From positions 42,410,001-42,474,000 of the forward strand of contig NC_087437.1 of NCBI RefSeq assembly GCF_036321535.1: a DNA stretch of 64,000 nucleotides, written 5' to 3'. Both the position numbers and the translations under genes were made by a program. Under the pieces are notes generated by a model. That model ran no database searches. It worked only from the letters and a program-made list of their open reading frames with translations, and was not told the origin of the DNA. This document shows, piece by piece, positions 39,609 through 52,689 of the stretch; position 1 is the first letter of the stretch, and each line of letters starts with the position of its first letter. Source of the stretch: Camelus dromedarius (Eukaryota).

Positions 39609-39791
39609 GAAATTAAAGTGCCATTTGTAAAGATGGAATCAATTGAAGAATTTAAAAGTTTGGATTCTCCAGAATTTGAAAATGTATTCATAGTCATGGA
39701 CTTCGAGGATTCTGTCTTTAATGAGTTATACAAGACTGATTGTAGAGTTATTGGACCACCAGTAGTATTAAACTGTGCCCAGAAAGGAGAG
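39609..39791 (+). CDS. ECT2: ECT2 exon 5
   Basis: EIKVPFVKMESIEEFKSLDSPEFENVFIVMDFEDSVFNELYKTDCRVIGPPVVLNCAQKGE; aag| ... |gtaaga; 183 nt. Confidence 0.93.
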
Positions 39792-40766
39792 GTAAGAAAG
39801 AAGATATGCTTATTATGACTTTTCAAGGTTAAATTTGTAATGAATTTTTATGCAGAAAAATCCTGTTAACTATTGAGAGTGTACATACATAAACTTTAAT
39901 TTTCTTCCACACAGCAGATATCACAATTCCACTTTTATCAGTTACTGCATAATTTAAAATTAGAGAAATTATTTCAGCTTTTTGTTTTTAAATAGCATTT
40001 CAGTGTAAGAGTTGTAGTAGAGTTAATCCCTATTCTTTGGTTTCATTACTTTGTTTTGACATTCTTAAGCTTGCTTTATTAACTTAAAATTGCTTGGATT
40101 GTTGTGCTTCTTTTGTTATAGATACTAGTAATGAGCACATGATAATCTTTAATTTTCTGTTCTGATTCAGAAGTGTTGCTTTCAAAAACCAAATAAACTT
40201 TTTATAGGCCAAAATTATGAAAAAGAATATTCTTGCATAATAGTTGGAGTTAAATATATATCTACTATATTTTTTAACAATTCTCTTTCATATATGTGTA
40301 GACAGATAAAATCATTTGTAAAATTATTTACTATCTCCATTTTTTTAGCTCACAAATTGGAATCTTATTTGGTTCCGTATATGTATTATTCGTATTTATT
40401 AGAAAATATCTTTGATCTCTTTTAATTTTAAGCATTTACAATAATGTATGGAAGTCTTTCCTTATAGACAATACTTTATATGTGTCTAAGTACATTCTGG
40501 GACTAAAGGTTTGGATATAAGTATGTTTTATTTGCCAATAGTGAAGTGTGTTTAGGTTGTGTGTATCAAATACGATTTGGGAGTCATGGGAAATTTTTTA
40601 TTGTGAAACTGGTTTTTCACTTTTTTTTGTTGCATTTTGAAAGATGCAAGTATATCTTTGGATTGGGAAAGTTGGCAAGAGGGGCAAATATGTTTAGCTT
40701 GAGAAAGATGTGTTCTGTTTTTACTATAAAAAGATCTCATAGGTTTAAAATTGTTGTGTCCTTCAG

Positions 40767-40856
40767 CCTTTGCCATTTGCATGTCGACCACTCTATTGTG
40801 CAAGCATGATGAATCTAGTACTATGTTTTACTGGATTCAGGAAGAAAGAAGAACTA
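40767..40856 (+). CDS. ECT2: ECT2 exon 6 (BRCT1)
   Basis: PLPFACRPLYCASMMNLVLCFTGFRKKEEL; cag| ... |gtaagt; 90 nt. Confidence 0.95.
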
Positions 40857-41588
40857 GTAAGTATTTTAAAATATTCTATTCAAAGAATATTTTTTCCTAG
40901 CAAAATAAATTTACATTAGCTTTTTTTTTTGGGTAGTTATATCATGGTTTTATTTTAAAAATATTGAAGGAGAAATAACTATGAATATACCAGGTCTTAA
41001 ATTTTGTGAAGAAACACTCTGAAGAACCTTGTAAAGAGACAAATGTTTTGTCTAGGATGGCTGGTATGTGAATTAGAATTATTTCATGATTATCTAGTCT
41101 GTTTAAACTGTCTTTTTGTTAAGTATCATATCAGCCATGTTATTTGAAGGTTTTGTTTATACATCGCAGTTTTTTATTATACAGGCCCAGCCTTAAAGCA
41201 TTCTCAGTGCTCTAGAGAATTTCATAGAAACTTCTTTCTTTAATCAATAAAATTTTTTATGTTGGAGCTAATGGAGTATTTTTGTAATTTTGTGGGAAGA
41301 ATCTTGGTGTGATGTAACCTGGTATTAAAAAAGTAATATATTTAGGCCATATGAAAGCCAGTTGTTAACTTAGTTTTGTGTGATCATCTTTTCTGGCATA
41401 TCTCTCTGTGCCAGTAAATGAAATGAATATTTAATTTTTTTTGGCATAAAGTTTATATTTTTATAAAATTCTTGTAAGTACCTTATAAATAGAAAGTATT
41501 CAGTAAATGCTAAATGAATTGTAAGCATAGTTTAAAATTTTGTTCAAGTTAGTCATAAAGTCACTGTTGTTTACTTTTTTCTTTTGAG

Positions 41589-41696
41589 GTCAGATTGGTG
41601 ACATTGGTTCATCACATGGGTGGAGTTATTCGAAAAGACTTTAATTCAAAAGTTACACATTTGGTGGCAAATTGTACACAAGGAGAAAAATTCAGA
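41589..41696 (+). CDS. ECT2: ECT2 exon 7 (BRCT1)
   Basis: VRLVTLVHHMGGVIRKDFNSKVTHLVANCTQGEKFR; gag| ... |gtatgt; 108 nt. Confidence 0.94.
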
Positions 41697-42643
41697 GTAT
41701 GTAAACTTTGGTATTTTTGTGTTATTTCAATATAGCATTACTGGGGTATGGATTTAATAATAGTACTCTTACCTATCTATTCTGCAGTTTATTGAGGATC
41801 AGAAATTCAATTTTTGCTGTATGTACATGTAATAAAAATTTTAAACCATAGGAGTGTGGTCCCTTAGGAGGCACTGGAACTTGAGTTAGGTATTGAAAGA
41901 TGAGTAAGATTGTGGAGGCTGGTAGGTGGATAGCATTTTAGGCAGATGAATAATATTAGCAAAGATTACTGTATGAGCATTGGTGAATAAGGGGGTCAGA
42001 AGGTGATGAGAGCAGATATTTCTCCTATATAAGTGGTCTTTATAAAAAGAGAACTATGATCTTATAAAATAGTTCTAGGATTTAACTTGTGAAAATTATC
42101 GAAGAACAGGAGAAAGTACTTTTCATCACGATTAAAATTTTAGTTTAAAATTACACTTGAGTATATTAGGAAGAGTTTATCACTTTGTTCCCACCCTCCA
42201 TCAGTGTCCTTATGTAGCAAATGGTAATTTTTGGATAATGTTGAATTCCTGGAAAATATACTTAAAATTCATATCTAAGGTTTTAGTGATTTAATTATGT
42301 TTTCTCTTAGTCCTGTCTTAGGGGTTAGTACTTCCAAGGAGGTAAACGCAAAGAGAAATAGAATATGAGAACAATGAACTTAATCAGCTTCAGAGATGCG
42401 TTTATTAAAAAAAAAAAGTGAAATGGTTTGGGCATCATCAAACTTACTTCAAAGTTATTTTAACCCAGATTGTATGATGGAAAGACCATTCTTTTTCTGT
42501 TAATTGTTCTTTATATTTTGTTATAAAGCAGATGAATAATAATCTAAGACTGTGGGGAAAAAAGTATGTATAATTGCTTCTAATGTCCATGGATGCATTT
42601 ATTTAAGGTAAAAATTTATCGTGATTCATGTTTATATTTTTAG

Positions 42644-42717
42644 ATAGCTGTGAGCTTGGGTACTCCAATTATGAAGCCAGAGTGGATTTATAAAGCTTGG
42701 GAAAGGCGGAATGAACA
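42644..42717 (+). CDS. ECT2: ECT2 exon 8
   Basis: IAVSLGTPIMKPEWIYKAWERRNE(Q); tag| ... |gtaagt; 74 nt. Confidence 0.95.
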
Positions 42718-43409
42718 GTAAGTGTTTAGAAATTCAGTCGTTAATTATGTAAATTAATCGTATTTATGTTATGTGTTATAAAGATAAACCCATGTGCTCA
42801 AAATTCATAGATAATATATAAAAAATTAATCCAGTCTTTGTTTAGCTTAGGGGATAAAGTCTAGCAAGAGCAAAGTTATATAAAAAAATTAAAAAAAACT
42901 GAAAATAGAAAGACACTTATGGTATTGTTGGACTTTGTGAAATAATTTTGATTATTAAAAACATTCTAAAATTATTAGGTAACAGCGTAATGCGTCTGGA
43001 TGTTTGGGTTGTGCTATATTTTTTCTTATTTTATGTTTGGTTACATTTTAAGTATTAATTGCATTCCAATCTCATAATTCCTTGCTGTTGTATTTCATTA
43101 CTACTTAACATTTCATGAAACTATAGAATCCCTTGAATATATATAAAGTTTCATGTACAGAGCAGGGATTTGGGTTTTATAAGGATTACCCATGATTAAA
43201 CTTTGTCAGAAGTTACTTATGCGATGACTGAGGACACATCAATTTTTTTTAACTGAAGTTTTTATGAGTATATCAGGACCAAATGCAAAATATTTGCAGT
43301 AAATGGATTATGCTAAAACCTTGAGAATTACTGTAGATTTGTAAATTGATACATCTAAATTATTGAATTTAAGTCAAGCTGGTTTTAGAAGAATGTATTT
43401 TGTTTTTAG

Positions 43410-43540
43410 GGATTTCTGTGCATCAGTTGATGACTTTAGAAATGAATTTAAAGTTCCTCCGTTTCAAGATTGTATTTTAAGTTTCTTGGGATTTTCAGAT
43501 GAAGAGAAAACCAATATGGAAGAAATGACTGAAATGCAAG
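43410..43540 (+). CDS. ECT2: ECT2 exon 9 (BRCT2)
   Basis: DFCASVDDFRNEFKVPPFQDCILSFLGFSDEEKTNMEEMTEMQ; tag| ... |gtagaa; 131 nt. Confidence 0.96.
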
Positions 43541-43684
43541 GTAGAATTTAGCATAATTTAAAGGTTATATATATTTTGTTCCCCACTCCTGCTTGATTAC
43601 TTCCTGCTGAATATGCCTCTTTAAAAATTTGAGCCTGGAGATAAATAGTTGGGCTTACTTATGCTTCTGTTCATTCCTCTTTAG

Positions 43685-43800
43685 GAGGTAAGCATTTACC
43701 AGTTGGAGATGAAAGATGCACTCATCTTATAGTTGAAGAGAGTATAGTAAAAGAACTTCCATTTGAACCTTTGAAGAAGCTTTATGTTGTCAAGCAAGAG
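43685..43800 (+). CDS. ECT2: ECT2 exon 10 (BRCT2), GC donor
   Basis: (G)GKHLPVGDERCTHLIVEESIVKELPFEPLKKLYVVKQE; tag| ... |gcgagt; 116 nt. Confidence 0.93.
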
Positions 43801-43900
43801 GCGAGTAATTCTAGAATGAGATTGTTTTTTAAAAAAATATTACTAATTGTTTTTCTGATGAGGTAAATTTTTAATTGAAATATTCTTTTCTTTCCTCTAG

Positions 43901-43963
43901 TGGTTCTGGGGAAGCATTCAAATGGATGCCCGAGCTGGAGAAACTATGTATTTATATGAAAAG
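43901..43963 (+). CDS. ECT2: ECT2 exon 11
   Basis: WFWGSIQMDARAGETMYLYEK; tag| ... |gtatgc; 63 nt. Confidence 0.96.
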
Positions 43964-45334
43964 GTATGCTTTTTGTCTCTTAGTCACTTGTTTTGTGAAC
44001 TTACTTGTATAAAGATGACACTTTCTGTCCCAAAAGAACATAGTTTAAATAGCATATGGATCATCTTTTATGTCATGTTTAGGAGGTTCAGAATAATTAA
44101 ACACTTGGATACTGAGTAATAGTCTTAGTCTATAGAGATTTAATGTATTGAATATTATTTTAATCTAATGTATGTCATTCTGTGCTAATTCTTGGTGAAA
44201 CCATTAAGAATAATTACATCTCCGTCTTCAAACACTTAGGACCTTATAGGAAAGAGAGATATGCAAACAGTTAACAGTGCAGGGTGAAATGTGCTATAAC
44301 TAAGTAATGTATGTGTTGTAACTTAGTTTCACTATGAGGGACTCAGGCAGAATTGGAAAGAGCAAATAAATGTGGAAGTTGAGCCAACTTCCTAGGCTAA
44401 CCTGGTAAAGGCATTCAAGTTAAAGAGCAAGTGAGAGAGGGCATGAAAGGTTGAAAGTACACTAAAATTGCAAGTAGTTTAGTATGGCTTTAGAAAAGAG
44501 TATGGGAAAGAAGGCCAATAGATAAAGCTGACTAGGTAGGCAGAATCAATCTTCTAATATGTTAGAAGAATTTGGATTTATCCTGTAAGTTTTGGAAGCC
44601 ATTGAAGAATATTAAGGGGGGGTGTCATTGCAAAAAATGATTGTAGTAGAAGGAATATAAACAAGGAAAATCGAGCCTTCATGCTGGATCTTGGTGAAGA
44701 GTGGTATCATTAACCAAAATGTGACATCAAAGTATAGAAGCAGCTGTCTTTAAGGGAAGATTTACTTCAGTTTGGGATTTAATAATTTTGAATGGAACAC
44801 TGAAGGTGAGGTGTGGATTTACTGTGTTTTATAAAGTCTTAATATGTACTCTGTTGTGTACTCTTTGGACTCTTTCATCCTCAATGTAAAGTTCTTAACA
44901 TAAAATTTTAAAAATATGCCTTAGAGTTCAGGAGGGTGCTCTTAAAATCAAGTGGTGTTTGAACAGTACTGGAGAGCATTATGTCCAGGCATAGTGCTAA
45001 ATGCCACGGATATAGTGAACAAAATATTAATGGTCCCTGCCCTCCTAGAGTTTATGGCCTAATGGGGAGTAGACAGTAAACAAGCTTATAGATGAATATG
45101 TAATGGTAAAAGTGCTATGGAGAAAAATAATTAGGTGTTTGGGGTTAGACAGTTACAATGGTCTTTTGTCTGTTATATTTTATGAAGCTTCTGAATTACC
45201 TGGAAGAATATATAGTTGTAAAATTACTGTGCAAAATTCAGATTTTGTTAGACTTATAAATATATTTTTCTTTTGTCCCTGTCTCAGTAAAGAACCACGG
45301 AAGTTAAATTGAGCTTTTGTGCTTTTGATTGCAG

Positions 45335-45557
45335 GCTAATACACCTGAGCTAAAGAAATCAGTGTCACTGCTTTCTCTAAATACCCCAAACAGCAATCGC
45401 AAAAGACGTCGTTTAAAAGAGACACTTGCTCAACTTTCAAGAGATACAGACATATCACCTTTTCCTCCCCGTAAGCGCCCGTCAGCTGAACATTCCCTTT
45501 CTATAGGGTCACTTCTAGATATCTCCAACACGCCAGAATCTAGCATTAATTATGGAG
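45335..45557 (+). CDS. ECT2: ECT2 exon 12 (S-loop; two NLS; phosphosites T359/T373 in long-isoform numbering)
   Basis: ANTPELKKSVSLLSLNTPNSNRKRRRLKETLAQLSRDTDISPFPPRKRPSAEHSLSIGSLLDISNTPESSINYG; cag| ... |gtaatt; 223 nt. Confidence 0.97.
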
Positions 45558-48500
45558 GTAATTCACATTTTAAAAAATTGATCTTTAGAATTTAATGGAA
45601 TGGAATATGCATTAGAATATTGATAAATCCCTACTGCAGTGAATATAAGACTGTTTTTAATCACCTTTGTTCTAGCTGAGGAGAAAAGGCACATGAAAAT
45701 GTTTCCATTTAATGATTGCTTGCTATATGCTAAGTGTTTACATATTTTGTGTATTTGTAAGATAGGTTTTATTGCCTCTATTTTACAGATGACTAGACTG
45801 AGGTTAGAGAAGTAAAACTTCTCTAGGGTCACACATCTAGAAAGTGGTAGAGCTATTCAAAGAGCAAATTCTTGATACAAAAGAATCACAGATGTCATGA
45901 GTTATGGAAAAAAAAATCGGTATAATGAAGTCGGAGGAAGGTGAATTTACTTTCTCAGCTGATACAGGAAGGCACCTACAATTAACTCTTCTCCCTTGAT
46001 CATCAATTTTCCCTCTATTTTTGTTTTTCATTCTGCATACACATACGTTGTGTTGTCTAGTTTATGAAACAATCAGAGCCTTCCCTTGACCCCATGACGC
46101 TCTCCACTTGTTATCCCATTTCTCTCTTCCCTTTCACATAAGTACTCTTCAAAGAATTACCTTGATCCATTGTCTCATTTCCTTGTTTTTCATTTTCCTT
46201 TCAATCTATTCCAGTTGAACTTTAGCCCCTACTACATGAAATTGCTCTTGCTGGGGAGACTGACAGTTTTTATGCAAAAACAGCATTCAACATGAGCAGC
46301 TAGTTATTCTTTCTTGGACACATTTTCTTGGACACATTTTTTTATTTTTCATTTCTCATTCTCCTTGACCTAACTTCTCTCTCCAGCTGTAAATGTGGAA
46401 TGTTACTTCTGAGTCATTTCTTCTCTATTGAATTCTTCCTATACGATCTCTTATGATTCCGTGGCTTCTGTATACATAGATGACTCCCAAATTTGAGGTT
46501 TTCCCTGTCCAACTTTATACTTGACACCTCCTTGTTCATGTCTAATACACATCCTAAACTTAAGATAATCAAATTAAAACTCTTGTTTCTATCACTCCCA
46601 ACTCTATTCCTTTGCCACTCTTCCTTAATCAGGCTTTTCTGTAAAAAGAATCTCTTAGACAATTGTAATGGTCCCGTAAATGGTCTCCCTGTATTCATTT
46701 TTGCCTTTCTACATGCGGCACTTAGAGAGGTCTCTAAAAACATATAAATTAGTTCATGATGTTCCTCTGCATAAAGTCATTCAGTGGCTTTGTATTACCA
46801 TAGCTTTCAAGTTCCTATGTAATTCTTCCTCAACTACTGCTAACCTCATGTGACGTTGTCCTCCAGTAACACTCTCTGAGTGTCAACCACAGTATCTTTG
46901 TTGCTCTTCACGTTTTTCTTCTACAGAACCTTATACTTGCTCTCTCTGTCTTAAAGAAATCTTATGGGTTCTCTGTAAAGTCAAGTCCCTGACCCACCAC
47001 TCTTTCCTACCAACCCATTACCTGGTGGTTGTCTTCAGTAGTAGTTATCAATGTTAGAAATGGTTTGTTTACTCATTTATTTTATTTGCTTCATCAGAAT
47101 GTAAGCTTGAAGAGAACAGGAGCATTGTCTGTGTTATCTCTGCTTTATCCCCAGTGCCTAGTATAGAGTAGGTACTCATTAAATATTCATGGAAGGAGTT
47201 GAAAGTCCATTTAAGGTAGGCCCAGAAAGCTGAGGTGGATTTGAGATGATAAGAGGAGCAAGAATACAGATAACAGTACACAGACTGAGTTGTTAGGGAA
47301 TAGTGAGTAGGTCAGTTTGCTTGAACTATGGTGGGACAGTAATAGTCAAATTAGAACAGTTAATTGGGGACTAATATTAGAGGGCTTTGAAATCATACTG
47401 GCATATCTGAACTGTATATTGTCATCAGCAAGGAACTTCAGAAACTAGAGCAGCAGTGTAATTCATTAAGTAATTTGTACTGTATTAATTCTGAAGAATG
47501 ATTAGAAGTAAGGCAGTTTAGAAATAGCCTGACCATGAAGTACTCTATAGTGGCTTTGTCCACAAGGTAATAAGGCCCTAGACCTGGGTTGATGATGTTT
47601 GGAAAGAAAAGTAAGAAGCACTGGGGAAATACTGATAGAACGGAGTGATAGAAAGGGAATAAGAGGAGATGATGGCAAAGTATTAAATAGAGGAAATGCT
47701 ACCTTAGCAAAAATAGAAAGTTTATATTTTGGAGGAAGACAGTACAGTTTTAGAGAAAATCCAGGTTAAATTGAGGCAGAAATGTCCAGTAGGCATTAGG
47801 AAAAGCTGAACCAGCTGCTTGGGTGGGGGGTTATGATTAAATAGTAGATCTGAGAATTTACATGTTTTGTGATCATGATGGAGATAATGGACATGAGATG
47901 GTAAGAGGTCATGATCATAAAGGACAAAGCTTGGATGTGAAGTTGAGGGGAGAGAAGAAAATGAATCACTAAAGAAAACAGACATGACAACTATACTCAT
48001 ACATGAGATATTCTGTATGGTAGAATTCCCAGTTTGTAGATCACTGCCTAGATAATAATTAATAATTTAATTAGATCAGTTTAAGTCAGTTTTTTCCCCT
48101 AACGTATCCTGTAATGGCAAAGACTCCTGGGTCTGGTGAAAGTAGCCTGAAATAATGTGCGGTGTGTGGGAAATTCTTTGAAGTCTTTTTTCTTTTTAAA
48201 ACATTCAAAACTCTACAGTACACGTGGTTGTTTTACTAATGCTTAAGCTTATTTGTCACTGAGTAAAACTGATATGCTGGGACTATATATTATCTTTTTT
48301 CATGTCATTCTATTGTATGTTATACATTCCTTTTTCTATTGAGAAACTTGCTATTAGGTATGAGGTATTCTTACCTAATTGTTAGTAAGGAAATGTATTT
48401 TAAGCTGTTATGAAATTTCATTTAAAATTTTTTTCTTGAAATACATATAAATATACTAATACATCCTCCCTGCCCTTTGGATTAGACTGGGTGTTTTCTA

Positions 48501-48588
48501 TAAAGATACTTAGAACTAATAGAGAATTTGCAGGTAATGTTTGTTTTGGGTTTTTTTTTTTTCTTTTGTCTTTTTGTTTTGAAGGAGC

Positions 48589-48660
48589 CTCTCTCTCCCC
48601 CTCTCTCCCTGTCTCTCTCTCTCTCTCTCTCCCTGTCTCTCTCTCTCTATATATATATAT
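48589..48660. repeat. Compound (CT)n/(TA)n microsatellite
   Basis: ctctctctcccc...ctctctctatatatatatat. Confidence 0.9.
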
Positions 48661-49066
48661 GAAAAATTTTCCATTATTGTAATTGTGTAATCATAACAAC
48701 TTTTCCCTCCTTTTTTAGCTTAAAGATTTTTCTATGATGTCTATTGTGCTTTTTAGTAAAAGAAAAAAGTTCTTTTTTCTGGCCTTGAGTGCAATTCAGC
48801 ATCACACACTGTTATGTTATCTCTCTCTAGTCTCTTACCTGAAACAGTTCTTTCTTCAGTCTTTCTTCGTTTTTAATGACTGTGGCATTTTTGAAGAGTA
48901 CATGATTATCATTTTTTTCTGGCCTTTTCTGTGAGGAAGTTCTACTTTAATGAAAATTTGTATGATGATATATTTGTAAGAGTAGATATCCTTCCCTTTT
49001 TTCTGTTAAACCTGTAGTGTTATACCTGACTTCCATTTTAAATCTTTCTTCCTTTTTATCTTTTAG

Positions 49067-49203
49067 AAACACCAAAGTCTTGTACTAAGTCTTCTAAAAA
49101 TTCCACTCCAGTTCCTTCAAAGCAGTCAGCCAGGTGGCAAGTTGCAAAAGAGCTCTATCAGACTGAAAGTAATTATGTAAATATATTGGCTACAATTATT
49201 CAG
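49067..49203 (+). CDS. ECT2: ECT2 exon 13 (T444 STP motif; start of DH domain)
   Basis: (E)TPKSCTKSSKNSTPVPSKQSARWQVAKELYQTESNYVNILATIIQ; tag| ... |gtaaga; 137 nt. Confidence 0.96.
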
Positions 49204-52200
49204 GTAAGACTTTGGTTGCAAAATGATCTGTTTTCCAGAGTTCATAAGTAAAAAATCTGAGGTGTTTTTTTTTTAATAAGAAAATTATATAAGCATAGAA
49301 ATGGAACATAGATATTAAAAATGAAAATGTATAATAAAAACTGCTGTTAGGAAAATACCATAATAGTAATAGTAGCTTTTATTCATGCAGAAATAGCATG
49401 ATTTTTTAAATAGTGACTTTAAAGAGAGAAAGATCCTCAGTAAAAGATCTTAGAGGGGACTGAGTTTAATTCAGAATTTTGCATGTTTCATATCAAGATA
49501 CTGCATTTATATATGAAAGTGGTAGATAACTTTTCATGAAAGTATGTGTTCCAGAGTCTAGAGTTCTAGAGTTAGTACTGTATATACGTGAAAAAGCAAG
49601 TAGCAATGAAGCATAACAACATGGATGTCAGTAATTTTTTTTTAGTAATCCTTTCATGTGTCAAGTTTTCTTAAAGTATGCAGTAGTCATAAATGTTCAT
49701 TCATTGCTTACTAATATTAAAATGTACTATGAAAAGTTAATTCTGAGGAAAAACAATTCTAGTGAATCCTTGTAGGATAAGATTGAAGAAGATAATAAGG
49801 AATATATCAAAATTCAAGGTTCTGAAAGACATAATAATAGGAGCATTATTTTGGAATTTGTAGGAAGAAGGAATAAATTGTTCTAGGTAATGAAGGAGAC
49901 AGTTTGTCAGGAAAATAAAGTTGATACCACCAAGCTTGTTTTTGAATAGAAAAAGGATTGGGAGATCTGATTGGGGTTTAATTTTTAACTGACCTCTTTT
50001 TGAATTCTTAATATAACTCATTAGGGTCCAATGTAATAGCCTTTAGTTGCTTGTACCATTGATAAAATACATGAATAAGAAATGGAAAGACTTCTTTCTT
50101 GGTAGTCATGGAGAGGTTATTCTTCACAGTTAATTTGTTTAGCAGTAGTCAAAGTTTTATGAGGCCCTCTGCTGTATTAAACTTTACTTGTTTTAAGTCA
50201 GCTCTGCTCTTCTTCCTCAAGGGGAATCATCCTACAAGAGTTTCTTGTTGAAGTTTTTATAGTCAGCCAAAATGTGGCTGAGTAGCAGAAAATCGCCTTG
50301 GCATATACTGTTCATGTACTTTGGTAGCATTTATTACCTAGAAATGAAAATCCTTGTAGGCCATGCTAATGCATTGGAGTTTTCAAATTTTAATTTGCAT
50401 ATCAATTAAATTCACTAAAACTTCTTTTTAAAAAGCACTTGTAATTATTACACTGTAGACAAAGTTTCATACCACTGTGCATAGTAAAAACTCACCTGTT
50501 TACTTAAAATATTATGGTCTATTTTGTAAATAAATTCAAAATACCTAATCTTTATTAAAAAAATATTTTGGTCTAAATTCATGATAGTGTTTTCTTTAGG
50601 GCTAATGTGTCCTTTTTTTTTTTCTTTTTTGACTTGAAATAATTTGATTTTAACTTAGCTCCCAAATTAAGACAATATTCAGTAGTGACTTCATTTATTC
50701 TATATAGTACTTAGGTGCCTACTAATATAAAGTATTATTCCAGGTGTTAAAAGAGGATTCACATTTTAAAGGAGCTTAGACTGGAAGAGGAGATAAAACG
50801 TACACACTTAAACATTAGTACGAAGTGGAAAGTTAGGAGTATCACGAGGGAGGTTTAGTTAAGATATTTGGAGATTTGTATGGTGAGAATTTTACTTTTC
50901 TTCCAGCTTAGGCAAGGTGTTGGGCTAGAATTTTCAGTGGGTTGAACACTGGAAAAAGTATCACGGAAAAAGAAGGTAAAAATTGAAGTGAGTTTTAAAG
51001 CATGATTATGATCAGTGCATGCAAAGAATATGAGTGGGAAGTGTGTTTGAGATTGTTCCAACAATACAAACAATGGAAGATACGTATCATTTAAGGTATT
51101 ACAGGGTAGTCTAGGGGGATTAGACTTTTGGGTGGGTGAGTTAAGGAGACAAGGCGAGGGGTTGAGGTACGGATACGGTGAGAGTTGAGATAAGACTGCC
51201 TGTGTTAGACTGGAGAAGGCCTTTGTACAGTGTGCTGTGTAACTATAGAAGAATTTTTGATGGGAAGGGAAAGATGTTGTGTGACTTGTATTTTAGAAAG
51301 TCACTTGGCACACTGAAGGAGATATTGAGGAAGGGGAAATTGTGGAGGCAAGGAGGTTAATTTGGATGTTATTTCAGCAGTCTTGGTTTGGGATTTTGAA
51401 AACCTGAACTTCTTAGGATAGTCTCAGTGGAAATGAAAAGAGGATAGATTTCAGAAATGTTGGAAAGGTAGAATCAATAGTTTCTGGCTAATTTTATTTG
51501 GGAAATTAAAGCAAACATAGTAGAACTGTTTAGATAGTGTGTCTTCAGACTGCTGAGAGGTTTTAATGAATCTTGATGTATTTTGGTTGTCTGAATATTT
51601 TGTTTAGGATTTTAGGATTTTCAAATGTTGACTAGATAAACGAATGCTTATAAATGGTTCCAGATATCTTTGAAATCTCTGTTGTGTTTTTTCCCATTCG
51701 CATTCCTTTACCCCTCCTCAGATATTATTATTATCTAGCATTTTGTGCTTATCATTCTTCTTATAGATCTATCACATGTGTAGGAAATCAAACTATGTAA
51801 ATGTAACAGTATTTATATATTTTCTAGTGTTGCTTTTTTGCTTAATAGAAATGTTCTTGGGATGCATCTGTGTCATTGCGCATAGCAGTAATTCATTTTC
51901 CTTAGTGAATATATCAGCTTATTTAACTTATTTTTAATGGACATTGAATTTAAGTTTTAGTGTTTTGTTGCTGGTTTTTTTTGTTTTCTTTTGTTTTGTT
52001 TTTTTTTTAAACTATTACTAAAGTAGTGCTGCTGTGAATATTCTTATTCATTGCTCCTTAAGAAAATATTCTGGGCAAAATCCTGGAATTTCTGGGTCAT
52101 AGGTTAAACACACTTTTAAGTTTACTGAAAGTTGTTAGTATGTTGAAAACTAGCTTTTGTGTTGGTCTTCTTACCCTTTGAGGCTTTTGTAGGTGAAAAT

Positions 52201-52689
52201 TAGCTTATATTGGTTTAGGCAAATGTCTTTGGGACAAAAGTTGGTTTTAGTACTCTACTTTACTTTGACTTAGATTTTGACCTTACTTTCTTGTCACCTT
52301 GTTGTTGTACTTAGAATGAGGTTTTTCTTCAGTATTTTAATTGTTTTCAGCAGGTTAAGTTCACTATACTTGAAGAAATGGAAGGCCTAAATATATATGT
52401 ATTTTGGGATGGATGGAGATAAACAAGTCTAGAATTGTAGTCGTTCTTAAAAATAGGAACAGTTCATAATCTTAACATAGTTTCTTACTATTTATAATGT
52501 AATTTTTTTATCTTTTTCTTTTTTTCCTCTTCCATTCATTCCCTCTTGTCCTTTGTGCTATTGTTACTCGTTTTACTTCTGTATATGTTAAGAACCCAAT
52601 AGTACATTATTATTTTTACTTTAGTCAAATAACTTTAGTCAAATAGTCAATTAGCTATTTAAAATTTAAGTAAAATTTTTATCTTAAAT

